A stretch of DNA of 62,158 nt, from NCBI GenBank assembly GCA_005884455.1, contig VBCH01000208.1, positions 1 to 62,158 of the forward strand. The letters run 5' to 3'. The position numbers were made by a program, and so were the translations under genes. Shown here piece by piece: positions 12,085 to 21,639 of the stretch. The notes below the pieces were generated by a model, which had not been told where the DNA came from, did not search any database, and saw nothing but the letters and a program-made list of their open reading frames with translations. Numbering within the stretch: the first letter of the stretch is position 1; the number at the start of each line of letters is the position of its first letter. The DNA is from Betaproteobacteria bacterium. Its GTDB lineage: Bacteria; Pseudomonadota; Gammaproteobacteria; Burkholderiales; SG8-39.

Positions 12085-13070
12085 TCCTCCCCTCTCGACC
12101 GCGCCGGCGTGTCGCCCGCCGCCTTACGGCGGCGGGCATCTTTCTTCTCGGGCTTGCGGGCTGCGCCACGCCGCAGCTGCAGGCCCTGGTGGGGAGCCGT
12201 TCCGCTGGGATTCCGCAGCGCGCGGAGCTCGACGCCGTCCCGTTCTTTTCACAGGAGGACTATCAATGCGGTCCGGCCGCTCTTGCGATGGTGCTCAGCG
12301 CGGGAGGCAAGGCGATCGAGCCGGAGGCGCTGCGGCCGCAGGTCTATCTTCCCGATCGGCACGGGAGCCTGCAGATCGAGATGATCGCGGCGGCACGTCG
12401 CAACGGTTTTGTCGCAATCGAGCTCGCTCCGAACCTCTCGGATCTCCTGGCCGAGATCGCCGCAGGAAATCCAGTGGTCGTGCTGCAGAACCTCGCCGTG
12501 GACTGGTATCCGGCTTGGCATTACGCTGTGGCGATCGGCTATGACCTCAAGGCCCAGCGCATCACTCTGCGCTCGGGCACGGAGCGGCGCCTCCAGATGC
12601 CGCTCGATACCTTCGAGCATACCTGGCGGCGCAGCGGCTATTGGGCGATGCTCGCCCTGCCGCCGCGGCGCCTGCCGGCGAGCGTGGCTGCGGGCGACTA
12701 TCTGAGCGCGGTGGCTCGGCTCGAAAAAACCGGCCGGGCCGCGTCGGCGCGGGACGCCTACGAAAGAGCGCTCGAGCGCTGGCCCGACGATCTTACGGCG
12801 CTCATAGGGTTGGGAAACGCGGCCCATCGCGACGGCGACTTGGAAGCGGCGGAACAGGCGTTCCGGCGGGCCACTCTGGCTCATCCGCAGTCGGCCGCCG
12901 CGCACAACAATCTGGCCCAAACGCTCGAGGAACTCGACCGTCATGACGAAGCATTGGCCGAAGCGCGTGCGGCGGTCGGGCTCGGCGGGCCGCTCGAGGA
13001 CGTCTCGATGCGCACGCTGGACGCCATCGTCTCGCACGCTGGCCGGGGCGAGCAGGAATGGAACCGATGA
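12081..13070 (+). CDS. PA2778-family C39-like cysteine peptidase lipoprotein with TPR repeats
   Basis: GTG at 12081 overlaps the upstream stop (GTGA). Lipobox LLGLAGC. C39-type QEDYQCGPAALAMVL (catalytic Cys) and WHYAVAIGYD (His). C-terminal TPR-like repeats. The listed ORF start at 11994 is probably an over-extension. Confidence 0.8.
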   Translation: MILPSRPRRRVARRLTAAGIFLLGLAGCATPQLQALVGSRSAGIPQRAELDAVPFFSQEDYQCGPAALAMVLSAGGKAIEPEALRPQVYLPDRHGSLQIEMIAAARRNGFVAIELAPNLSDLLAEIAAGNPVVVLQNLAVDWYPAWHYAVAIGYDLKAQRITLRSGTERRLQMPLDTFEHTWRRSGYWAMLALPPRRLPASVAAGDYLSAVARLEKTGRAASARDAYERALERWPDDLTALIGLGNAAHRDGDLEAAEQAFRRATLAHPQSAAAHNNLAQTLEELDRHDEALAEARAAVGLGGPLEDVSMRTLDAIVSHAGRGEQEWNR

Positions 13071-13094
13071 TCCGGGCGACGCCGAGGTGAGTAC

Positions 13095-14102
13095 GTGCGA
13101 ACTCTCATGGCCATGCATCGTGGGACACCCACGCACAGCCTCTGGAGCGGCCTGCGGCAGATCTTCACGCACGGCATTATCACCGCGCTCGCCGTCGCCA
13201 TCGCGTTTTCGCTCCCGGGTATCGCGAACTACATCCTCAACGAATGGTGGCCCGAGGTCGAGAGCAATGCCAATCTCCTGCTCGCGACCGAGATCGCCCT
13301 GGCGTCAGTCCTCGCGCTCGCGTTCAATCTGGCCAAGATCGCCTGGGACAGCAGACAGGGCGTCCGCACCGCACGCCTCGCGTCCCTGATCTATGCGCGC
13401 AGCGCCGGCGCCGGCTGGTGGTCGCGGCGGCGCGAGCGCGCCCTGATAAGGCAGCTTCCGGCCCCGCGCGACGCTTTCGTCCTGACCCTCACCGGATACG
13501 ACACCTTCGTCGCCGACGACAGCTTGTTGCGGGGCGTAATCGGAAAGGCGTACGAGATCCGCGTGATGCTGGTCAACCCGGTCGGAAAAGCGCTGCGGGA
13601 GCGGGCGGAATCCCTGCCGCCCGAGATCACGGTGCTCACGCTGCACACCGAGATCGAAGCGGCAATCGGGTATCTCTCGGCGCTGCGCAAGTTCGGCAAG
13701 ATGGTGAAGCTCAAGTTCTACGACGAGGAGCCGTTCTGGAAGCTGATCGTGCTCGGCGACTACGTCTGGGTGCAGCATTGCCACAGCGGTTTCGCGGTCA
13801 AGCAGCAGCCCGAATTCGTGTTCGCCCTGCAGCAGCGCGAGCCTCGCCACGGCCTCTTCGTGCCCTTCTACATGGTTTTCCTCAATCAGTGGAATGATCC
13901 GCGTCATCCCGAGTACGATTTCGACACGAACGAGCTGGTCTACCGCGACGCTTCCGGAAGGGAGACCGGGCGGACCGCTCTCGGCGTGCCGATCAACGGC
14001 GCAACGATGCCGCTGCCCTCGCCCCGGGTGCCCGGCGCGGCGGCTGACTCCCTTGCGGCGCTGCTGCGCCGCCCCGAACCCGAGCGCACGGCAGCACTCT
14101 AG
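13095..14102 (+). CDS. hypothetical 2TM membrane protein with uncharacterised cytoplasmic domain
   Basis: GTG start 5-7 nt after SD GAGGTGAG. Two clear TM helices, then a ~230-aa domain (EIRVMLVNP..., [24 protein letters not shown]..., FLNQWNDP). The pattern vaguely resembles non-catalytic PLD-like/DUF5919-type domains. It starts 24 nt after the peptidase gene. Confidence 0.65.
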   Translation: MRTLMAMHRGTPTHSLWSGLRQIFTHGIITALAVAIAFSLPGIANYILNEWWPEVESNANLLLATEIALASVLALAFNLAKIAWDSRQGVRTARLASLIYARSAGAGWWSRRRERALIRQLPAPRDAFVLTLTGYDTFVADDSLLRGVIGKAYEIRVMLVNPVGKALRERAESLPPEITVLTLHTEIEAAIGYLSALRKFGKMVKLKFYDEEPFWKLIVLGDYVWVQHCHSGFAVKQQPEFVFALQQREPRHGLFVPFYMVFLNQWNDPRHPEYDFDTNELVYRDASGRETGRTALGVPINGATMPLPSPRVPGAAADSLAALLRRPEPERTAAL

Positions 14103-14893
14103 ACTGCGATCGGGGCCTTGATCGCGGGGTGCGGGTCGTACGCCTCGAGGGTGAAATCCTCGTAGCGGAAACCGAAAACGTCCCTTATCGCCGGATTGAG
14201 CCGCATGCGCGGCAGGGGCCGCGGCGCGCGCGCGAGCTGCTCTCTCGCCTGCTCCAGGTGGTTGAGGTAGAGGTGCGCATCGCCGAAGGTATGCACGAAT
14301 TCGCCCGGTTTCAGGTTGCAGACCTGAGACACCATCAGCGTGAGCAGCGCATACGAGGCGATGTTGAACGGCACGCCGAGGAAAATGTCGGCGCTGCGCT
14401 GATACATCTGGCAGGAAAGGCGTTCGTCCGCCACATAGAACTGAAACAATACGTGGCACGGGGGCAGCTTCATCTTGTCGATCTCGGCGGGATTCCAGGC
14501 AGTCACGATGTGGCGGCGCGAATCCGGCCGCGTCTTGATCGAATTCACGACTTGCGCGATTTGATCGATCGCAGCCCCTTCAGGCGAGGGCCAGCTGCGC
14601 CATTGCGAGCCGTACACCGGCCCGAGCTCGCCGTTCGCGTCGGCCCACTCGTCCCAGATGGTGACGCCGCGCTCCCGCAGCCAGCGGACGTTGGTATCGC
14701 CTCTGAGAAACCAGAGCAGCTCGTAGATGATCGATTTGAGATGGACTTTCTTGGTGGTCAGCAGCGGAAAGCCGGCCGCCAGGTCGAATCGCATCTGCCA
14801 GCCGAACGCGGACAGCGTGCCGGTGCCCGTCCGGTCGGTCTTTCTGTGACCGTGTTCGAGCACGTGGCGCATGAGATCAAGGTATGGCTTCAT
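14099..14893 (-). CDS. thyA: thymidylate synthase
   Basis: 264 aa from [15 protein letters not shown]. Motifs [38 protein letters not shown]. The longer listed ORF (to 15082) is an upstream over-extension. Confidence 0.95.
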   Translation of the reverse strand: MKPYLDLMRHVLEHGHRKTDRTGTGTLSAFGWQMRFDLAAGFPLLTTKKVHLKSIIYELLWFLRGDTNVRWLRERGVTIWDEWADANGELGPVYGSQWRSWPSPEGAAIDQIAQVVNSIKTRPDSRRHIVTAWNPAEIDKMKLPPCHVLFQFYVADERLSCQMYQRSADIFLGVPFNIASYALLTLMVSQVCNLKPGEFVHTFGDAHLYLNHLEQAREQLARAPRPLPRMRLNPAIRDVFGFRYEDFTLEAYDPHPAIKAPIAV

Positions 14894-14903
14894 CGAGGCG
14901 AAA

Positions 14904-15302
14904 TCATAGCGCGTTACCCGGGCGAGTTGAACGCGCGCGCGGCGGGATCGCGCGCCAAGCCCACACGACCGCCAGGGTAAACGCGCAATACGCGATCGCG
15001 AACACCCACTCGGGAAGATTATAGTAGAGCAGCCACGCCAGCCAGCGGCCGATAAAGCTGCGCTCCTCGCGCCCGGTCGCACGCAGTGTGTCCTCCCAGC
15101 TCGTCAGCGGACAGGTGACACCGAGCAGGGCCTCGGCGGTGACAAACACGATCGCGGCGACATGCGTGATACGAAACGTGCGGTTGCGCACCCAGCCCCA
15201 TCGGCTCGCTCCGGCGAGAATCAGGGCAAACCCGCCGACCACGAACAACACGAACAAGACATGCACGACGAGAACTGCGTCGGCGAGCCATGTGGAATGC
15301 AT
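14904..15302 (-). CDS. DUF2784-family membrane protein
   Basis: 132 aa, four TM segments, CPLTSWE motif typical of DUF2784. Tightly packed between the sulfurtransferase gene and thyA. Confidence 0.75.
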   Translation of the reverse strand: MHSTWLADAVLVVHVLFVLFVVGGFALILAGASRWGWVRNRTFRITHVAAIVFVTAEALLGVTCPLTSWEDTLRATGREERSFIGRWLAWLLYYNLPEWVFAIAYCAFTLAVVWAWRAIPPRARSTRPGNAL

Positions 15303-15308
15303 CGGGCC

Positions 15309-16172
15309 TCAGCGCTCCCGTGCCTTCGGCTCTCCCGATTCGACTCGCCGCGAGGGATCGGCGCACCATTCGCTCCAGGAACCGGGATAGAGGCGCGACC
15401 CGCGCAGGCCGGCGACCTCCATGGCGAGGAGGTTGTGGCAGGCGGACACGCCCGAACCGCAGTAGCTCACGACTTCTTGCGGGTCGTTGGCGCCGAGCAC
15501 GGCGCGGAACTCCCGTTGGAGTTCTTCGGGTGATTTGAAACGGCCGCTTGCGTCGAGGTTGTCGCGGAAATACCGGTTGCGCGCGCCGGGGATGCGGCCT
15601 CCGACGGGATCCAGGGTTTCATTCTGTCCTCGATACCGGTCGGGCGCTCGAGCATCGAGTAGCACCGCGCCTTCGTCGTCGAGGTGCGAGCCGACAAAAT
15701 CTGCATTTACCCAGTTGCTTCCCGGCCTTCCGGAAAAACTCGCGGATTGCGGTTGTGGAATCTCGGCGCTCTGCGGACGTCCTTCCGCGATCCACTGGGG
15801 CCAGCCACCGTCGAGCACGGCAACGGGCAGATGACCCAGCCAGCGCAGCAGCCACCAGAGCCTCGCCGCGACCATGCCCCCTTGAGCGTCGTACGCGATG
15901 ACCTGCCTTCTCGAATCGACGCCCGCCCGCCCCAGCTTCTCCATGAGCGCATCCGGATCGGGAAGCGGATGCCGGCCGTTGGTTCCGGTCTTCGGAGCGG
16001 AGAGATCCTCGTTCAGATGCAGGAAGCGCGCGCCCGGGATATGCGACGCTGCGTACTCGGCGCGTCCTCGCACCGGATCCGCGAGATCGTGGCGGCAGTC
16101 GAATACGACCCAATCGGGATCGTCGAGATGTTGCGCGAGGATTTCGGTGCCGACGAGCGCGGTGAGAATCAT
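15309..16172 (-). CDS. tandem-rhodanese sulfurtransferase (3-mercaptopyruvate/thiosulfate type)
   Basis: Two rhodanese modules. HIPGA motif. Active-site loop YCGSGVSACH. Confidence 0.88.
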   Translation of the reverse strand: MILTALVGTEILAQHLDDPDWVVFDCRHDLADPVRGRAEYAASHIPGARFLHLNEDLSAPKTGTNGRHPLPDPDALMEKLGRAGVDSRRQVIAYDAQGGMVAARLWWLLRWLGHLPVAVLDGGWPQWIAEGRPQSAEIPQPQSASFSGRPGSNWVNADFVGSHLDDEGAVLLDARAPDRYRGQNETLDPVGGRIPGARNRYFRDNLDASGRFKSPEELQREFRAVLGANDPQEVVSYCGSGVSACHNLLAMEVAGLRGSRLYPGSWSEWCADPSRRVESGEPKARER

Positions 16173-16207
16173 GCCGCTATCTTACTCGCGGCTGGTGCCG
16201 AGAAACT

Positions 16208-17311
16208 CTAGGGGTGCCCGGCCAGCCCGCGCTTGATGTGCTCGTGGAAGTGCATCATCCCGTCTTCCATCGGCGACTGGTAAGGGCCGGCTTCGTTCTC
16301 GCCGCGCTCCCACAGGGCGCGCCGTCCACGGTCCATGCGCCTGGCGATCTCGTCGTCCTCGATCGCGGTTTCCCGGTAGGCGGCCTGCTCGGCCTCGACG
16401 AATTCGCGCTCGAACAAGACGATGTCCTCGGGATAGTAGAACTCGACGACGTTCGTGGTGTGCGTCGGTGAGCGCGGCAGCAGCGTGCTCACCACGAGCA
16501 CATGCGGATACCACTCGAGCATGACGTTCGGGTAATAGAGGAACCAGATCGCGCCCTGCTTGGCCGTTTTTCCGCCCATGTAGCGGGTGAGAGCCTCGTG
16601 CCACTTGGCGTAAGTCGGCGTCCCCGGCTTCGCGAACCCGTCCTTCACGCCCACTACCTGTGCCGAATAGGTTTCGGCGATGTCCCACTTGAGATCGTCG
16701 CAAGTGACGAAGTTGCCCAGACCCGGAGGGTAGGGGACCACATGGTAGTCCTCGAGGTACACCTCGATGAAGGTCTTCCAGTTCTGTTCGAACTCCATGA
16801 TCTCGACGCGGTCGAGCATGTAGCCGGAAAAATCGAAGTCATCGGCGCTCGCGAATCCGGCGAGGTCCTTTGCCACGTCGCGCTTGCCCGCGAACAGCAT
16901 TCCGCGCCAGTTCTGCAGCGGAGTCTTGCCGAGGTTGAGGCAGGGATTTTCGGGGAAGTGCGGCGCGCCGAGCAGCTCGCCCTTCATGTCGTAAGTCCAG
17001 CGGTGCAGCGGGCAGACGATGTTCTGCGCGTTGCCGCGGCCTTCCAGCAGGATCGACTGCCTGTGGCGGCAGACGTTCGACAGGAGCTCGATGCCGTTCG
17101 CGTTCCTGACCAGGACCTTGCCGTGGTCCATCCAGGCGAGCGTATGGTAATCGCCCGCGTTCGGGACCATCAGCTCGTGCCCGACGTAATCGGGACCGTT
17201 TGCGAAGAGCAGCTTTTGCTCCAGCTCGAAGACCTGCGGGTCGAAGTACCAGGAAACGGGAAGCTGCGATGCGTTGGGTTTGAGTCTTCGCGAACTGGGC
17301 AAGTCGGACAT
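16208..17311 (-). CDS. Rieske [2Fe-2S] non-heme-iron oxygenase, alpha-subunit-like
   Basis: Rieske motif CRHR-x16-CPLHRW. The C-terminal catalytic domain has EDYH-type iron ligands. No partner reductase or ferredoxin gene is adjacent. Confidence 0.85.
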   Translation of the reverse strand: MSDLPSSRRLKPNASQLPVSWYFDPQVFELEQKLLFANGPDYVGHELMVPNAGDYHTLAWMDHGKVLVRNANGIELLSNVCRHRQSILLEGRGNAQNIVCPLHRWTYDMKGELLGAPHFPENPCLNLGKTPLQNWRGMLFAGKRDVAKDLAGFASADDFDFSGYMLDRVEIMEFEQNWKTFIEVYLEDYHVVPYPPGLGNFVTCDDLKWDIAETYSAQVVGVKDGFAKPGTPTYAKWHEALTRYMGGKTAKQGAIWFLYYPNVMLEWYPHVLVVSTLLPRSPTHTTNVVEFYYPEDIVLFEREFVEAEQAAYRETAIEDDEIARRMDRGRRALWERGENEAGPYQSPMEDGMMHFHEHIKRGLAGHP

Positions 17312-17517
17312 ACGGCCGGAGGGCTTCCTTTCCTGAATCGTAAAATGGGCGCGATTCTAGACCTTTTTCCCGGGAGGCACCAGGGTTTTTCGCGTACTCG
17401 CATCCTATATCCCCGGGGCGACACAGTTCGCGAGAGGACTTCATTTGACCGTCCTTTCCTCATGGGCTATTTTGCCGTTTCCTGACAGAACAGCGCCTGC
17501 CGCCCGGCCTCTCCTCC

Positions 17518-17760
17518 ATGTCAAAACCCGCCAAGACCGATCAACCCGAGAGCTTCGAGGCCGCCTTGGCCGAGCTGGAGAAGATCGTGGCCAGCATGGA
17601 GTCCGGGAAGCTGACTCTGGAGCAGTCCCTTGCCGCGCACAAGCGGGGCCTCGAGTTGGCTCAGTACTGTCAGGGCGTGCTCGCGCGCGCGCAGCAGCAG
17701 GTCAAGGTGCTCGAAGAAAACACGCTGAAAAACTTCCCCGGTGCCGACGACGACGAGTGA
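17518..17760 (+). CDS. xseB: exodeoxyribonuclease VII small subunit
   Basis: 80 aa. FEAALAELEKIVASMESGKLTLEQSL is typical of XseB. Conserved xseB-ispA-dxs order. Confidence 0.9.
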   Translation: MSKPAKTDQPESFEAALAELEKIVASMESGKLTLEQSLAAHKRGLELAQYCQGVLARAQQQVKVLEENTLKNFPGADDDE

Positions 17761-18658
17761 ATTCACCGCCTGGATGGCGAGAGTCCAGGCTCGGGTCGAA
17801 GCGGCGCTCGAGCGTTTTCTCCCGTCGGAAGGAATCGCGCCGCAGCGCCTGCATGACGCCATGCGCTATGCGGTGCTCGGTGGAGGCAAGCGCATACGGC
17901 CCTTGCTCGCGTTTGCAGCGGGGGAGGCCTCCGTCGGCGAACCGATCAGCGCCGACCCGGCGCGCCTGGAAATCGCGGCCTGCGCCGTAGAGTGCATTCA
18001 CGCCTACTCGCTCGTGCACGATGATCTGCCCTGCATGGACGACGACGTGCTTCGCCGCGGCAAGCCGGCTTGCCACGTCGAATTCGACGAGGCGACCGCG
18101 CTTCTCGTGGGCGATAGTCTGCAATCGCTCGCATTTCAGCTCCTCTCCGAGCACCGTCTCTCCGACAATCCGGCGGTTCAGGTCGAAATGGTGAAGATCC
18201 TCGCCGCCGCCTGCGGCAGCCGCGGCATGGCGGGCGGGCAGGCGATCGATCTGGCGAGCGTAGGCCAGCCCCTGACCGTGCCGGAGCTCGAATACATGCA
18301 CATCCACAAGACCGGAGCTCTGATCCGCGCGTCGGTGGCACTCGGCGCGCGCTGCTCGAACGCGCTCGCGCCGGGGCAACTTGCGCGCCTCGATCACTAT
18401 GCAAAATGCGTCGGGCTCGCTTTCCAGGTGGTCGACGACGTTCTCGACCAGGAGTCCTCGACCGCGACGCTCGGCAAGACCGTCGGCAAGGACGCGGCGA
18501 ACAACAAGCCGACCTACGTCTCGGCGCTCGGGCTCGCGCGCGCGAGGGCGCTCGCCGAGGAACTGCGCGAAGAGGCGCAGGCCGCGCTATCGGAGCTGCA
18601 CGGCGGAGCGCGAAGGCTCTCGGAGCTGGCGGACTTCATCGTGCTGCGCAAGTTCTAG
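17741..18658 (+). CDS. ispA: farnesyl diphosphate synthase
   Basis: Asp-rich motifs HDDLPCMDDDVLRRGKP and FQVVDDVLD. GTG at 17741 overlaps xseB; ATG at 17774 is an alternative start. Confidence 0.9.
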   Translation: MPTTTSEFTAWMARVQARVEAALERFLPSEGIAPQRLHDAMRYAVLGGGKRIRPLLAFAAGEASVGEPISADPARLEIAACAVECIHAYSLVHDDLPCMDDDVLRRGKPACHVEFDEATALLVGDSLQSLAFQLLSEHRLSDNPAVQVEMVKILAAACGSRGMAGGQAIDLASVGQPLTVPELEYMHIHKTGALIRASVALGARCSNALAPGQLARLDHYAKCVGLAFQVVDDVLDQESSTATLGKTVGKDAANNKPTYVSALGLARARALAEELREEAQAALSELHGGARRLSELADFIVLRKF

Positions 18659-18718
18659 GGGCGGAAAAACCGCGTTCGCCTCGGACAAGCTTCCCTGTTT
18701 GCGGGATAATTCGCTTCT

Positions 18719-20689
18719 ATGAGTGCGATCGGAAAAGCGGATCTTCCCGGCAGCAAGCCCCAGGTCGGATCGACCGAATACGATCCGGCTGCGTACGAGC
18801 TGCTGAAAACCATCGACGATCCGTCGGTGCTGCGTGCCCTGGACCGGCGCGGGCTGCAGCGGCTCGCCGAGGAGCTGCGCACCTATATCCTGGAATCGGT
18901 CAGCCAGACCGGCGGCCACCTGTCCTCCAACCTGGGGACGGTCGAGCTGACCATCGCCCTGCACTACGTCTTCAGCACGCCCCACGATCGCATCGTCTGG
19001 GACGTGGGACACCAGACCTATCCGCACAAGATTCTCACCGGCCGGCGTGAAGCGATGAGCCGCATACGCATGAGCGGGGGAATCTCGGGCTTCCCGCGCC
19101 GCAGCGAGAGCGAGTACGACACTTTCGGCACCGCCCATTCGAGCACCTCGGTGAGCGCCGCGCTCGGCATGGCCCAGGGCGCGAAGCTGAAGGGCGATAC
19201 CGGCGAAAAGAAGCGCCACGTCGTGGCGGTGATCGGCGACGGCGCCATGTCGGCGGGCATGGCTTTCGAGGCCCTCAACAACGCCGGCGTGATGGACACC
19301 GACCTGCTCGTGATCCTGAACGACAACGACATGTCGATTTCCCCAGCAGTGGGCGCGTTGAACCGCTATCTCGCGCGGCTCATGTCGGGGCGCTTCTACG
19401 CCGCGGCGAGGAAAGCGGGCGAAAAGGTCCTCGCCGGCGTGCCGCCGCTGTGGAATCTGGCGAAAAAGATGGAAGAGCACGCCAAGGGCCTGGTCGTGCC
19501 CTCGACCTTGTTCGAGGAATTCGGATTCAACTACGTGGGCCCGATCGACGGCCACGATCTCGACTCGCTCATCCCGACGCTGAAGAACATCAAGGAGCTG
19601 AAAGGCCCGCAGTTCCTGCACGTCGTCACCAAGAAAGGTCAGGGTTACAAGCTCGCCGAGGCCGATCCGGTGCTCTATCACGGTCCGGGCAAGTTCGATC
19701 CCGCGCAGGGCATCAAGAGAGCGAGCGGCGGCAAGCCGACCTACACGCAGGTGTTCGGCGAGTGGCTGTGCGACATGGCGCGGCTCGATTCGCGTCTCGT
19801 CGGCATCACCCCGGCGATGCGGGAAGGCTCGGGGCTGGTGCGCTTCGCGGAGGAATTTCCCGACCGGTATTTCGACGTGGGCATCGCGGAGCAGCACGCG
19901 GTCACGTTCGCCGCGGGGCTGGCCTGCGAGGGGCTGAAACCCGTGCTCGCGATCTACTCGACGTTTCTGCAGCGCGGCTACGATCAGCTCATCCATGACG
20001 TCTGCATCCAGAACCTTCCGATCGTGTTCGCGCTCGACCGGGCGGGCCTCGTGGGCGGCGACGGTGCCACGCACAACGGCGCGTTCGACCTGACCTATCT
20101 GCGCTGCGTTCCCAACATGGTGGTGATGACGCCGAGCGACGAGAACGAATGCCGCCAGATGCTCGCCACCGCGTTCTCGCTCGATCAGCCCGCCGCGGTG
20201 CGCTATCCCCGCGGCAGCGGCCCGGGTGCGGAGATCGTGAAGGAAATGAACCCGCTGCCCCTCGGCAAGGGGGTCGTACGCCGGCGCGGTCCCGGCGGGG
20301 AAGGCTGCGTCGCGATTCTCGCGTTCGGCAGCCTGCTCAAGCCCGCGCTCGAGGCGGGCGCTGACCTCGATGCCACCGTCGTCGACATGCGCTTCGTGAA
20401 GCCGGTGGACGCGGATCTCGCAGCCGAGCTCGCGGGGACCCACGCGTTCCTCGTCACCATCGAGGAGAACGCGGTCCTGGGCGGCGCGGGAAGCGGCGTC
20501 GCCGAGGCGCTCGCCGCGCGCGCCATCGTCACCCCGCTCCTCCAACTGGGGCTTCCCGACCGCTTCGTCGATCACGGCGACCAGGCGCACTTGCTCGCTT
20601 CCGTGGGCCTAGACAAGGCGGGAATCGTCGCCGCCGTCCGCGCGCGTCTTGAAAAAGTGGGGAACGGAACGCATGTTAAAATCCTCTAA
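18719..20689 (+). CDS. dxs: 1-deoxy-D-xylulose-5-phosphate synthase
   Basis: [34 protein letters not shown], and TPP motif [15 protein letters not shown]. Confidence 0.95.
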   Translation: MSAIGKADLPGSKPQVGSTEYDPAAYELLKTIDDPSVLRALDRRGLQRLAEELRTYILESVSQTGGHLSSNLGTVELTIALHYVFSTPHDRIVWDVGHQTYPHKILTGRREAMSRIRMSGGISGFPRRSESEYDTFGTAHSSTSVSAALGMAQGAKLKGDTGEKKRHVVAVIGDGAMSAGMAFEALNNAGVMDTDLLVILNDNDMSISPAVGALNRYLARLMSGRFYAAARKAGEKVLAGVPPLWNLAKKMEEHAKGLVVPSTLFEEFGFNYVGPIDGHDLDSLIPTLKNIKELKGPQFLHVVTKKGQGYKLAEADPVLYHGPGKFDPAQGIKRASGGKPTYTQVFGEWLCDMARLDSRLVGITPAMREGSGLVRFAEEFPDRYFDVGIAEQHAVTFAAGLACEGLKPVLAIYSTFLQRGYDQLIHDVCIQNLPIVFALDRAGLVGGDGATHNGAFDLTYLRCVPNMVVMTPSDENECRQMLATAFSLDQPAAVRYPRGSGPGAEIVKEMNPLPLGKGVVRRRGPGGEGCVAILAFGSLLKPALEAGADLDATVVDMRFVKPVDADLAAELAGTHAFLVTIEENAVLGGAGSGVAEALAARAIVTPLLQLGLPDRFVDHGDQAHLLASVGLDKAGIVAAVRARLEKVGNGTHVKIL

Positions 20690-20718
20690 CACTGAGCCAA
20701 GGTGACGAAAGGCTGTTC

Positions 20719-21522
20719 ATGAATATCCGCGATCCGCTTGTCATTCCCGACGTCCAGGGCTCCGAGGACAAGCGCAAGCTCGCCATCGACCAGGTCGGCA
20801 TCAAGGCCATCCGCCATCCCATCCGCGTCGCCGAGCGCTCGGGCGAAGTGCAGCACACCGTCGCGACCTTCGACATGTACGTCGGCCTGCCGCACCAGTT
20901 CAAGGGCACGCACATGTCGCGCTTCGTCGAGATCCTGAACGCGCACGAGCGCGAGATCTCCGTGGAGACATTCAAGCTGATGCTGGACGAGATGGTCGAG
21001 CGCCTAGAGGCCCAGTCCGGGCACATCGAGATGACGTTTCCGTATTTCGTCAACAAGGCGGCGCCGATCTCGAAGGTCAGGAGCGTGATGGACTACGAAG
21101 TGACTTTCGTCGGAGAGATCGACAAGGGCGAGAAGTGCTTCAAGATGAAGGTCGTCGTGCCGGTGACGAGCCTTTGCCCGTGCTCCAAGAGAATCTCCGA
21201 TTACGGAGCGCACAATCAGCGCTCACACGTCACGATCACCGCGCGTACCAAGGGATTCGTGTGGATCGAGGAGCTGGTCGATTACGCCGAGAAGCACGCC
21301 TCGAGCGAGCTCTACGGGCTGCTGAAGCGCCCCGACGAGAAGTTCGTCACCGAGCGCGCCTACGACAATCCCAAGTTCGTCGAAGACATGGTGCGCGACA
21401 TCGCCGCGGAGCTGAACCGCGACAAGCGCATCGAGTGGTACCGGGTGGAATCCGAGAACTTCGAGTCCATCCACAACCACTCTGCCTACGCGCTCATAGA
21501 AAAAGACAAAACCAACAAGTAG
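20719..21522 (+). CDS. folE2: GTP cyclohydrolase IB (FolE2 type)
   Basis: 267 aa. [22 protein letters not shown] and [12 protein letters not shown] are typical of FolE2/MptA. Confidence 0.9.
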   Translation: MNIRDPLVIPDVQGSEDKRKLAIDQVGIKAIRHPIRVAERSGEVQHTVATFDMYVGLPHQFKGTHMSRFVEILNAHEREISVETFKLMLDEMVERLEAQSGHIEMTFPYFVNKAAPISKVRSVMDYEVTFVGEIDKGEKCFKMKVVVPVTSLCPCSKRISDYGAHNQRSHVTITARTKGFVWIEELVDYAEKHASSELYGLLKRPDEKFVTERAYDNPKFVEDMVRDIAAELNRDKRIEWYRVESENFESIHNHSAYALIEKDKTNK

Positions 21523-21528
21523 CGAACG

Positions 21529-21605
21529 GGGGAACCCTACGGTTCCCCTTGGGCTCCGCCCAAGGGCCCATGAAACGAACGGGGAAACCCTACGGTTTCC
21601 CCGTT
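21529..21605. repeat. two copies of a ~20-nt hairpin element plus a third hairpin in a convergent intergenic region
   Basis: GGGGAACC-CTAC-GGTTCCCC (21529-21548) and AACGGGGAAACC-CTAC-GGTTTCCCCGTT (21578-21605). CTTGGG-CTCCG-CCCAAG (21548-21564) lies between them. The region separates the convergent folE2 and protease genes. No T-runs. Confidence 0.7.
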
Positions 21606-21639
21606 ACCCCTTCCCCAACCGGAAACCAGATAGACCGAG

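Noticed and set aside
18587-20590. 667-aa minus-strand ORF opposite dxs
   Set aside because: Same reasoning. dxs on the plus strand is unambiguous, and the antisense translation is low-complexity.
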